64,000 nt of DNA from an uncultured delta proteobacterium (GTDB taxonomy: Bacteria; Myxococcota_A; Polyangia; Polyangiales; Polyangiaceae). Location: the NCBI GenBank assembly GCA_963850305.1, contig CAWKKR010000008.1, positions 544,001 to 608,000 on the forward strand. Direction: 5' to 3'. Below the pieces are notes generated by a model. The model was not told the origin of the DNA. It did not search any database and was given only the letters and a program-made list of their open reading frames with translations. Shown in pieces: positions 30,581 to 39,507 of this stretch (the stretch's first letter is position 1; each line of letters starts with the position of its first letter). Position numbers and translations under genes: made by a program.

Positions 30581-30600
30581 GTGGCACATCGTTGTGCCAC
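30581..30600. promoter_or_regulatory. Perfect palindrome upstream of the hot-dog/histone genes (putative operator)
   Basis: GTGGCACA-TCGT-TGTGCCAC. Confidence 0.45.
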
Positions 30601-30670
30601 ACTGCCCTCATGGCGGATGGAGCGTGCGGAGCAACGGCCGGCGCGCCGCGGCGCGGCTAGGATGCGCGGC

Positions 30671-31159
30671 ATGGACCCTGAACCGGTCTCCTTCGACGCC
30701 GAGTTTCTCGCGGATCTCCCCTACGACCCCGAGGTCTTGCTGTTCGACGCGATCGTCGCGCTCGACCGCGACGCGAGCCGCGTGACGTGCCGCATGCCGA
30801 CGCTCGAGTCGCTGCCGTTCACGCGGAGCCAGCGGACGCACCCGGTGTTCCACCCGCGCCACGTCGCCGGCGCCGTCTTCGTACACGCGACGGGCATGCT
30901 CGGCTTCGTCCACGCCTACTACGTGCTCGGGTTACGTCATCGCGAAGGCTGGGTCGGGTACGGCGCCCGGATCCACTCCGCGGCCTTCCGCAAGCTGGTC
31001 CCGCCCGGCACTCCCGTCCTGGCCGACTGCAAGGCGACGACCGTCCGCTCGAGAAAAGCGCGCCACGTCGTCCGTTACGAATTTCGTTTCACCCACGACG
31101 GCGAGACTTGCTACGAGGGCGACCAGACCGCCATGTGGATGAGGGTTCAGGAAAGCTAA
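30671..31159 (+). CDS. Hot-dog-fold (FabA/FabZ-like) protein
   Basis: LPY..LLFDAI..HV.G..HATG..AAFRKLVPPG..YEFRF matches the FabZ-like layout; start uncertain (30662 or 30671). Confidence 0.65.
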   Translation: MDPEPVSFDAEFLADLPYDPEVLLFDAIVALDRDASRVTCRMPTLESLPFTRSQRTHPVFHPRHVAGAVFVHATGMLGFVHAYYVLGLRHREGWVGYGARIHSAAFRKLVPPGTPVLADCKATTVRSRKARHVVRYEFRFTHDGETCYEGDQTAMWMRVQES

Positions 31160-31163
31160 GGTC

Positions 31164-31907
31164 TTGGAATCCCTCGACGCGAGTCTGTTCCGGCGCTGTA
31201 GCACCTGCAAGGATCCGATCCCGTTCGACACGGCGTACTTCCGGTGCAGCGTCTCGACGTGCAACCGAAAGAAGATGATGCTCGTCTTCTGTTCGCTTTC
31301 TTGCTGGGACGCTCATCAAGCCGATGTGCGGCACAGAGACGCCGGGGCCGAGGAAGCTCGTTCACCGACAGCCGCGGCGTGGGCCCTGGAGCTCGCGGAA
31401 CAAAAAAGGGAATCTGCAAGAGCGGACGCGGCGCCCGTCGAGATGCGGCGCGTCGCGGGCACGGCGTCGCTCGACATCCTCGTCGTGGCCGCGAAGCTGA
31501 AGGACTACATCCGCACGCGCGCCGGCATGAGCACGTCCGATCGTGCCCTGGGCATGCTGTCGGATCACCTGCGCGAGCTCTCGGATCGTGCGATCGCGAG
31601 TGCCGGAGCGGATGGACGCAAGACCGTGCTCGAGCGGGACATCGCGCCGCTCGTCGCGCGCGGGCTCGCGTCGCTCGCAAGTGGCGCGACCGAAACCGAC
31701 GACCGTGACGGCGAAGTGCTCGTCGTCGCCTCGAAGCTCAAGGCGTACGTGAAGGCACGCGCCGGCATGAGCACGTCCGACGCCGTCATCCCGCTCCTCT
31801 CGACGCACCTGCGACGCCTCGCACGAGGCGCGATCCGTCACGCCGGGACCGACGACCGCAAGACCGTCCTCGACCGAGACTTCGTCGCGGCCGTCGCGAA
31901 GTGGTGA
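31164..31907 (+). CDS. Zn-finger (ZZ/PHD-like) protein with two tandem bacterial histone folds
   Basis: CSTC..CSVSTC..CSLSCWDAH..H, then DILVVAAKLKDYI..GMSTS..DGRKTVLERD and EVLVVASKLKAYV..GMSTS..DDRKTVLDRD, each resembling the Bd0055/HBb-type histone fold with its RKT..RD signature. Confidence 0.9.
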   Translation: MESLDASLFRRCSTCKDPIPFDTAYFRCSVSTCNRKKMMLVFCSLSCWDAHQADVRHRDAGAEEARSPTAAAWALELAEQKRESARADAAPVEMRRVAGTASLDILVVAAKLKDYIRTRAGMSTSDRALGMLSDHLRELSDRAIASAGADGRKTVLERDIAPLVARGLASLASGATETDDRDGEVLVVASKLKAYVKARAGMSTSDAVIPLLSTHLRRLARGAIRHAGTDDRKTVLDRDFVAAVAKW

Positions 31908-32039
31908 AATGTCGATCGACGGTCCGGGCCTGGCGACGAACGCTCTTAGGCCTGCGAAGGTCCGATGATAAACCCCTCCGGCTCGCCACTACGAGCACTC
32001 ACGTCGGCCGATGCCAGACCGCCTGCAGGAGAACGGCCC

Positions 32040-32580
32040 CTCCAGCATCCGGAGCGTCGGCTCCAGCACCTGGAGCGTCGGCTCCAGCACCCGGCGCGTC
32101 GGCTCCAGCATCCGGCGCATCGGCTCCAGCATCCGGCGCATCGGCTCCAGCACCTGGAGCGTCGGCTCCAGCACCCGGCGCGTCGGCTCCAGCATCCGGA
32201 GCGTCGGCTCCAGCACTTGGAGCGTCGGCTCCAGCACTTGGAGCGTCGGCTCCAGCACTTGGAGCGTCGGCTCCAGCACTTGGAGCGTCGTTCCAAGCGC
32301 TCGGCGCGCGCTTCCGGACACGTAACTCGCCTTACCGCGCGCTGGTGTCGACGCTCCGCGTATCCGGGCCGCCCTTCCCGACGCTTGACTCGCCTCTCCG
32401 CGCGCCTGACACGCCCTTCCCGACGCTTGACTCGCCTCTCCGCGCGCCTGACACGCCCTTCCCGACGCTGGTGTCGACGCTCCGCGTGTCCGGGCCGCCC
32501 TCCCCGACGCTTGACTCGCTTTGCCGGACGTCGGTGTCATCTTCCCGAGCGCTCGGCGAGCGCTTCCGGACCCGGAGCTG
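32040..32580. repeat. 21-bp tandem repeat array: 12 conserved units (32040-32291), then diverged 21/42-bp periodic units
   Basis: Consensus CTCCAGCAYYYGGMGCRTCGG; then alternating CTTCCCGACGCTTGACTCGCC / TCTCCGCGCGCCTGACACGCC-type units. Confidence 0.95.
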
Positions 32581-32708
32581 GCCTTGCTAATCGCTCGGTG
32601 CGCGCTTCCGCTGGCACGGCGCGCGTTGCCGGAGGTCCGGCACGGGTCTCCTGGCTCTGCGCCCTCGGGCTCCGGGCGCGCCTCCATGCCGGTGATGCTG
32701 CAGCTCTC

Positions 32709-33776
32709 TCACCCCACGCCCGCTCTTCGCCCGCGCCCTTTGCGCGTCACTCGCGCGAGCACCGTCGCGGGGCTCGTCTCGATCCGACCGGTGTCGTCTT
32801 CACCGGCGCGGAGGCGCGAAAGGCCCGCCATGGCGATCATCGCGGCGTTGTCGGTGCAGCTCGCCGGAGCGGGGAGCACGACGCGGAGCTCGCGCTTCGC
32901 ACAGGCTTCGGACATGCGTGCGCGCAGCTCGCGGTTCGCCGCGACGCCCCCGCCGAGTACGACGGTCGACACGCGCTCGCGAAGCGCCGCGGCGATCGTC
33001 TTTCGCACGAGCACCTCGACGACGCGGTGCTGGAATGCCGCGCAGAGATCGCGGAGGCGCTGATCGTCGGCGAACGGGCCGTGACTCTCGACGAACCGGG
33101 CGACATTCGTCTTGATGCCGGAGAAGCTGAACTCGAGGGAGTCGCGCCGCGGCATCGGAGGCGATACGGCAATGGCGTGCGGGTCGCCCTCGGCCGCGAG
33201 GCGATCGATCACCGGTCCTCCGGGATAACCCAGGCCGAGGGCCTTGGCGACCTTGTCGAAGGCTTCGCCCGCGGCATCGTCGCGCGTCGCGCCGAGCTCG
33301 TGGATCGCGCTCGGCTCGAGGCCGTCGACGCGATAGAGCGCCGTGTGTCCGCCCGATACGAGCAGCGCGACGAACGGTAGCTCGGGCCGATCGGTGGGCA
33401 TCCCGGGTCGCACGAGATACGCCGACGACAGATGCCCGACGAGGTGGTCGACGCCGACGACGGCCTTGTGCGCGCCCCAGGCGAGCCCCTGTGCGATCTG
33501 CACGCCCACGAGCAGCGCCCCGGTCAGCCCCGGACGGCACGTGACGGCGATCCCGTCCACGTGCGCGATATCGACCTTCGCTTGCTCCAGCGCGGAAGCG
33601 ACGACGAGGGGAGCGTTCCGCAGGTGGTCCCGCGACGCGAGCTCGGGGACGACGCCGCCGTACGGCGCGTGCACGGCGATCTGGGTGTGCACGACGTCGG
33701 ACACCACGCGGCCTTCGTCGTCGACCACGGCCGCGGCCGTCTCGTCACAAGACGTCTCGATGCCGAGCACGAGCAT
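32709..33776 (-). CDS. tsaD: tRNA N6-threonylcarbamoyladenosine synthase TsaD
   Basis: LGIETSCDET, GGVVPELASR.H, HLVGH, VSGGHT, DDAAGEAFDK, TDNAAMIA. Confidence 0.97.
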   Translation of the reverse strand: MLVLGIETSCDETAAAVVDDEGRVVSDVVHTQIAVHAPYGGVVPELASRDHLRNAPLVVASALEQAKVDIAHVDGIAVTCRPGLTGALLVGVQIAQGLAWGAHKAVVGVDHLVGHLSSAYLVRPGMPTDRPELPFVALLVSGGHTALYRVDGLEPSAIHELGATRDDAAGEAFDKVAKALGLGYPGGPVIDRLAAEGDPHAIAVSPPMPRRDSLEFSFSGIKTNVARFVESHGPFADDQRLRDLCAAFQHRVVEVLVRKTIAAALRERVSTVVLGGGVAANRELRARMSEACAKRELRVVLPAPASCTDNAAMIAMAGLSRLRAGEDDTGRIETSPATVLARVTRKGRGRRAGVG

Positions 33777-33794
33777 GCGAGTCTGCCGGAGCCC

Positions 33795-34322
33795 TCAGTA
33801 CCCGCAGCCGTCGTCGTTGCGGTCGAGACTGAAGAGCGCGAATGCGTCGCCTTGCGGTACGCCGTTCACGGCGGCGCCCGCGGGCTTCATGAGCCGCACC
33901 TCGACGTGGTCGTTCTTGTATAGCGACGTGACGGAGTACATCGTCCCGCGACACGTCGAGTCCACCCACGCCAGGATGTTGTGCACCTGGCCATCCTCGA
34001 ACGACATGGTCGAAATGGAGTCCGGGACCATCTCCTTCGTGACGCGGAGCGCGGCATGCGAGAACGTCGGCTGCGGCGCGCACGGGCCGGCGACATCGTC
34101 CGTCGTGAGATGGCCGGGGACGGTCGTGAGGTTCGCCGTGTCGATCTCGACGCGCATGCGTAGGTCGTGCGCGAAGCCGCCCTCGGTGTCGGGCGTGAGG
34201 ATGAATTGCCCGCCCACGACGGAGCCGCAGTACGCCGCGCCGTTCGTCGTGTCGAACTGCTGGATGGTCTGACACCCGAGCAGCGAGGCGATGCCGAACG
34301 GAACGACGAGGTGACGGAGCAT
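33795..34322 (-). CDS. Putative lipoprotein
   Basis: Lipobox LLGC; co-oriented and tightly spaced with tsaD and the TPR gene. Confidence 0.75.
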   Translation of the reverse strand: MLRHLVVPFGIASLLGCQTIQQFDTTNGAAYCGSVVGGQFILTPDTEGGFAHDLRMRVEIDTANLTTVPGHLTTDDVAGPCAPQPTFSHAALRVTKEMVPDSISTMSFEDGQVHNILAWVDSTCRGTMYSVTSLYKNDHVEVRLMKPAGAAVNGVPQGDAFALFSLDRNDDGCGY

Positions 34323-34340
34323 GCGCGCGGAGAGTGTAAC

Positions 34341-37300
34341 TTACGGCGACCGCGACAGGAGGCTCTTCGCGAGCTCCCGGACGCGGGGCTCCGGATCGGC
34401 GCGAGCGACGCTTTCGAGCGAGCGACTGGCCTTGTCGCCGGGCGCGCCGCGCAGGGCCCGGACCGCGCTCTCCCGGACGAAAGCGATCGGATCGCGTCCC
34501 GCGACGGTCGCGAGGGCGGCGATGGCCGCGTCCGCCCGGGGCCCGTTCACGAGCGCTCCGAGCGCCCGCGTGGCGCGCTCGCGCATCGGCCAGTCCCCTG
34601 CCGTCTCGGACAGCTTGATCACGGCGTCGAGCGCGCGGTCGTCCCTCGTGCGCGAAAGCGATGCGAGCGCCGCTCGCTGAACGGAAGCGTCCTTATCGTC
34701 GAGCGCGGCGACGACGGCGGCGCGCGCCGCGTCCTCGGGACGATACGAGAGCACGCGGATCGCGTGGGCGCGCACGTCGGCCGACGGGTGGTGCGTCAGC
34801 AGCAGGAACGGCTCGACGAGCGCGGCAGCGACGCGCTCGAGCGTCGCGTCGGCCGCCGCGCGCGCATCCGGCGAGGCGGTGTCGAGGTCGTCCGTCAGCG
34901 GCGCGAACGTGGGCTTCCCGTTTCGCCCGAGCAACGCGTCGGCGACGACGCTCGCTCCCTCCGGGCCCGAGCGGACCGCCGTCACGGCAGCGTCGACGAG
35001 CTCCTTCTCGAGGTTCGCGACGGCCCGAGCGCGATCGTCTGCGGTGAAGCCCGTCGGGCGTAGCTCCTCGAGCACCGTCCGGACCTCGATGCGCCCCTCC
35101 GGCATCGGCAATACGTCGGCGGGGGCTCGATAGTCGCGCGTCGCGAGCACGAGCGCGGCGTCGGACGCCGCCGCTCGGAGCTCCACGTCCGGGCCGACGA
35201 GAGCATTCGCGACGGCCGTCTTGGCGGACGGTGAACGGGTGCGCGCAAGGGCCAGCACCGCGGTCCCACACAGAACCGGGTCCGTCGATTCCGCAAGGCG
35301 CGTCAGGACGGCGTCCGCGGCTGGCGACGCCCCGAGCGCCCCGAGCGCGTACGCGGCCGCGGCGCGGACCACGATCTCCTGATCGGACGAGTCGGCGAGG
35401 GCCACGAGCGCGCGAGCGTCGGCGTGGTTCGCGAGCAATCCGAGACCGATGGCACCCAGCGCGCGGACGCTCGGCGCGTCGCTGGAGAGCATCTCGACGA
35501 GCAGCGGGCGCGCCTTCGGGCTCTGCATGCGCGCGACGCTCCACGCGGCGGCGACGGCGACCGTGTCCGTCTCGTCCACGCGCACGTTGCCCGCGGGGGC
35601 GATGATGGCCGCGATGCGCGGCAGCAGCGCCGGATCCCGGAGCTCGCCGACGGCGAGCATCGCGCGCGTTCGCAGCTCCCCCTCGGCCTTGCCCATCGCG
35701 AACGTGATGAGCGCGGGCCCCGCGCTCGCGTTGGAGATGTACGAGAGCAGATCGACCGCGATCCGCTGCTGGGAATCCCGATCGTCCGACAGCGCGTCGA
35801 GGAGCGGCTTGACCGCGCGTTCGCCGAGCTCGTGCAGCGCCGCGCGCGCGGCCGTCGCCCGCGCCGGATCCGACGCGTTCGCCTCGTGCTCCAGCGGGAA
35901 CGCGAGGTTGCCGTACACCTCCACGAGCAGGCGACGGTAGATCGGCCGCCCCGGGTTTCCGAGTGCCACCGGCAAGAGCTCGCGCTCGAGCGATTCGAGC
36001 GTCCCTCGGCCGAGGTTCAGCTGCATGCTGAGCCTCGCGGCGCGCGCTACGAGCTCGTCGTCCGGGCAGGCTCGCACGACGCGCCGGAGCAACCGGTCCG
36101 CTTCATCCACCTCGCCGCGCGTGACGAGGAGATCGGCCAGGTCGAAGTAGACCGGAAATTGGCGGTCGTTCTTCGCCAGGGCAAGCCTGAGCTCGACGAT
36201 CGCGTGGTCCACGTCCTGGCGCCGCCGGTACATCTCGCCGAGCTTCCGGTGCCCCTCGGCGTCATCCGGACTGAGCTCGACGGCCTTCGATGCATAACGG
36301 ATGGCGTCGTCGTCACGGTAGAGCTCCGCGGAGTATTGCGCCATGCGCTCGTAATACTCGCGGGCGCGTCGCGCATCGACGTTCACGAGCCGCGCGAGCA
36401 CGGTGATCGCCGCGGCCAGCTCGTGCTGTGCGACGAGCGCGCGCTCGAGCGACAGGTACGCCTCTTCGTCGCCGGGGTCCTTCGTCACGATGACGCGCAG
36501 CACGCGCTCCGCGTCCGAGGGTCGTCGCAGCCTCCCGTATACTTCGGCGAGCAAGCGCCCCGCCTCGAGATCCGGCGGCGCCTGCGCCAGGCGCCGCTCG
36601 AGAGGACGCGCGTGGTCGCTCAGGCTCCCTTCGAGACTCCAGATCGTGACGATGTGCTGCCGTGCTTCGCGCGCTCCGGCCGGGTCGGGAGCTTCGTGGA
36701 GCAGGTTCTGCCAGAGCCGCGTCGCGGCGTCGTACTGGTCGCTGCGCGCGACCCCGGAAGCGCTCGTCCCGGTGCGTTCGAGCGCGAGCGCGAGCGCCTT
36801 CTGGTACTTGAGCTCGTGCGGGGCAAGCTCCGAGGCCTGTTTGAGGGCCAAAAGCGCCTCGTCCGACAGGTCGTGCTCGAGGAGCACCTCGCCGAGCGAG
36901 TGCAGCCCCTTCGCCCGGTCGGGGACCATGACGCGGATTCTCTCCCAGATCTCCCGAGCCCGCTTCGTGTCCCCCTTCCTGTAATACTGGTCGCCGAGAT
37001 CGACGAGATACCGCGGGTCGCTGCCACGCGTATTCGCGAGCCTGTCGAGGAGCCGCGTCGCGCGGTCCGGCTCGTTGATGCGCTCGTAGAAGTCGACGAG
37101 CGCCGACGCAGTCTCGTCGTCCCCCGCCGTGCGCGCCTCGAGCCGGCCGAGCTCGGCGAGCGCGCGCGCGCGGTCCCCGCGCTGGATCAGCGTCTCGGCG
37201 AAGCGAAAGACGAAGTCCGGATCGTTCGGCGACGCGCGGATGAGGAGCTCGTACTCGTGAGACGCCTGGTCGAGCTTCCCCTCGATCTCGAAGAGCTGCA

Positions 37301-38450
37301 CGACCTTGAGGCGTGTCGCGATATCGTCCTTCCGCGCGAGCGCGCGCTGATACGCTGCAAGCGCATCCTCGACGCGGCCCGTCTCTTCGTACAGGCCGCC
37401 GAGCAGCGTCAGTCGTTCGAAGTCGTCCGGGTGCTCGGCCTCGAGCAGCTTTACGAGCTCCGCAACGCCGCCTTTCGCACGATAGACGTCCGCCATCGTG
37501 TCGAGGATCTCGCGGCGGAGCCCGGATTGCCCGCCCGCGGCGGTGAGCGCCTTGCGCAGCACGTCGAGCGATTCCTGAGTCTTGTTCTCGCGCGCGAGTG
37601 TCCGTCCGAGGTCGCGCTCGGCCGGCGCGAGCGCACGGTTGTCACCGAGAGCCCACTTCACGACCTTGCGATACTCGGCCTCCGCGCGCTCGAACTCCCC
37701 GCGGTCGAAAAGATCGCGTCCGAGCTCCTCGCGCGCGAGAAACGAGCCCTTGGCGCGAGTGACGATCCCGTCGTGGTACTTCTCCGCAGCCGCGTAGTCG
37801 TCGAGCGAAAGACAGAGGCCGAGGAGGGTGTGCAGGAGCTGCTCGCGGTCGGCGTCGCCCTGCACGTCGGGAAGAGCCTCTTCGTACCTCCTCCGCGCGC
37901 CGGCCTTGTCCCCACGCGATTCGAGGAGCCGCCCGAGCGCGAGCACGCCGACCGGATTCTTCGGCGCTTCGGCGATCGCGCGCTCGTAAGCAGCGACGGC
38001 TTTGTCGGACTGTGCATCGTGGGCAAGCGTGCCGCCGAGGGCGACGAGAGCCGCGTAGCGCTCCGTACCGGTCTTGTCGGAGCGCGACGAAAGCTCGGCG
38101 ATGAGCTTGTCGAGATTGCCGTCGCGCTCGCGGTAGAGCTCGACGAGGCGCTCGAGCGGGAACGGCTCGCCGGGCCGCGCGAGCACGAGCGCCGTGTACC
38201 GAGCAATGAGCACCTCCGTGCTCTCGCCGTTCTCCGTCGCGCCGGGGTTTTGACCGGCGGCCCCCGACGGCGACGACGCCGCGCTCGGGCCGTGACCCGC
38301 TGCCCCGTGACCCGGCGCATGCGACGCTCCCCTCGCGCTCGGATGCTTCCCCGCATGACGGCCGAGCGGATTGAAGTCGGCAAACGCCGGCGACGCTCCG
38401 AGGGCGAGAGCGACGCACCCGAAGGCACCGAGACGGAAAAACGCGCGCAC
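34341..38450 (-). CDS. Large exported TPR + HEAT-repeat protein
   Basis: Signal peptide (ASPAFA-D), many TPR helix pairs, C-terminal HEAT repeats (VRA.AA.ALG). Confidence 0.9.
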   Translation of the reverse strand: MRAFFRLGAFGCVALALGASPAFADFNPLGRHAGKHPSARGASHAPGHGAAGHGPSAASSPSGAAGQNPGATENGESTEVLIARYTALVLARPGEPFPLERLVELYRERDGNLDKLIAELSSRSDKTGTERYAALVALGGTLAHDAQSDKAVAAYERAIAEAPKNPVGVLALGRLLESRGDKAGARRRYEEALPDVQGDADREQLLHTLLGLCLSLDDYAAAEKYHDGIVTRAKGSFLAREELGRDLFDRGEFERAEAEYRKVVKWALGDNRALAPAERDLGRTLARENKTQESLDVLRKALTAAGGQSGLRREILDTMADVYRAKGGVAELVKLLEAEHPDDFERLTLLGGLYEETGRVEDALAAYQRALARKDDIATRLKVVQLFEIEGKLDQASHEYELLIRASPNDPDFVFRFAETLIQRGDRARALAELGRLEARTAGDDETASALVDFYERINEPDRATRLLDRLANTRGSDPRYLVDLGDQYYRKGDTKRAREIWERIRVMVPDRAKGLHSLGEVLLEHDLSDEALLALKQASELAPHELKYQKALALALERTGTSASGVARSDQYDAATRLWQNLLHEAPDPAGAREARQHIVTIWSLEGSLSDHARPLERRLAQAPPDLEAGRLLAEVYGRLRRPSDAERVLRVIVTKDPGDEEAYLSLERALVAQHELAAAITVLARLVNVDARRAREYYERMAQYSAELYRDDDAIRYASKAVELSPDDAEGHRKLGEMYRRRQDVDHAIVELRLALAKNDRQFPVYFDLADLLVTRGEVDEADRLLRRVVRACPDDELVARAARLSMQLNLGRGTLESLERELLPVALGNPGRPIYRRLLVEVYGNLAFPLEHEANASDPARATAARAALHELGERAVKPLLDALSDDRDSQQRIAVDLLSYISNASAGPALITFAMGKAEGELRTRAMLAVGELRDPALLPRIAAIIAPAGNVRVDETDTVAVAAAWSVARMQSPKARPLLVEMLSSDAPSVRALGAIGLGLLANHADARALVALADSSDQEIVVRAAAAYALGALGASPAADAVLTRLAESTDPVLCGTAVLALARTRSPSAKTAVANALVGPDVELRAAASDAALVLATRDYRAPADVLPMPEGRIEVRTVLEELRPTGFTADDRARAVANLEKELVDAAVTAVRSGPEGASVVADALLGRNGKPTFAPLTDDLDTASPDARAAADATLERVAAALVEPFLLLTHHPSADVRAHAIRVLSYRPEDAARAAVVAALDDKDASVQRAALASLSRTRDDRALDAVIKLSETAGDWPMRERATRALGALVNGPRADAAIAALATVAGRDPIAFVRESAVRALRGAPGDKASRSLESVARADPEPRVRELAKSLLSRSP

Positions 38451-38610
38451 GAAATCCGAGCCTACGCTGGAGACAGTGTGCGAGCCAGTCGGTCTGCCGC
38501 CGCCACTTTCTTCGCGCCGTCGTCTCGGGAGAACCCCGCTTTGTGCATCCGCGGGTCGCCCCTGAAGACCCCGATTTTCGGGTAGCGACGATCATGCTAC
38601 TCCGTCCCGC

Positions 38611-39507
38611 GTGACGGCGCGCGCCAGGAACCCCGTCGTCGGGCTCGTCCAGTCAAGCACGACACCCGACAAGAAGACCAACGTGGACCGGGCCCTGCAG
38701 GGGATCCGTGAAGCGGCGCGGCGCGGCGCCACGCTCGTCTGTCTCGAGGAGCTCTTCGCGTCGCCGTACTTCTGCCAGGTCGAAGACGCCTCCCTCTTCG
38801 ACCTCGCGGAACCCGTCCCGGGGCCGACCACCGATCGGGTCGCGTCGGCGGCCCGGGACGCGAACGTCACCGTGGTCGCGAGCGTCTTCGAGCGCCGCGC
38901 CGCGGGCGTGTATCACAACACCGCGGTCGTCTACGGGCCGGACGGCACCGAGCTCGCGCGGTACCGGAAGATGCACATCCCGGACGATCCGCAGTACTAC
39001 GAGAAGTTCTACTTCACCCCCGGCGACCTCGGCTTCGTCGCGTGTCCGACGCCGAGCGCCGTCGTCGGGACGCTCGTGTGCTGGGACCAATGGTACCCGG
39101 AGGCCGCGCGACTCACGGCGCTCCGCGGCGCGGAGATCCTCTGTTACCCGACGGCGATCGGATGGCTGCCGCGCGACAAGTCGGAGCATGGGGCCGCACA
39201 GCTCTCGGCATGGCAAACGATCCAGCGGAGCCACGCGATCGCGAACGGCGTGTTCGTCGTCGCGACGAACCGCGTGGGCGTCGAAAAGAGCGACGCCGGC
39301 GAGATCGAGTTCTGGGGACACTCGTTCGTGTGCGACCCCGCCGGCAACGTGATCGCGGAGGCTGGCGCGGGGGAAGAAGTGCTGATCGTGGAATGCGACC
39401 TTTCGAAGATCGAGGCCACGCGCCGCGGCTGGCCGTTCCTGCGCGACCGTCGCATCGACGCCTTCGGGGATCTCGCGAAGCGCTGGATCGAGCGCGACGA
39501 CTCATGA
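38611..39507 (+). CDS. aguB: N-carbamoylputrescine amidase (carbon-nitrogen hydrolase)
   Basis: ELF, YRKMHIPDDP.YYEKFYF, CWDQWYPE, PTAIGW, WPFLRDRR; adjacent to agmatine deiminase. Confidence 0.9.
   Translation: MTARARNPVVGLVQSSTTPDKKTNVDRALQGIREAARRGATLVCLEELFASPYFCQVEDASLFDLAEPVPGPTTDRVASAARDANVTVVASVFERRAAGVYHNTAVVYGPDGTELARYRKMHIPDDPQYYEKFYFTPGDLGFVACPTPSAVVGTLVCWDQWYPEAARLTALRGAEILCYPTAIGWLPRDKSEHGAAQLSAWQTIQRSHAIANGVFVVATNRVGVEKSDAGEIEFWGHSFVCDPAGNVIAEAGAGEEVLIVECDLSKIEATRRGWPFLRDRRIDAFGDLAKRWIERDDS

Noticed and set aside
32040..32580. CRISPR array
   Set aside because: Units abut with no unique spacers, and no cas genes are in the window.
31901..33380. ORFs through the repeat array (31901+, 31965+, 31989-, 31946-, 32011+) as confident genes
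   Set aside because: Openness follows from a stop-free 21-nt repeat; nothing selects one frame. 31989..32687(-) remains possible.
21502..38585. Long ORFs 21502..24003(+), 27040..29367(-), 35424..38585(+)
   Set aside because: Arg-rich, motif-free shadows opposite well-supported genes.
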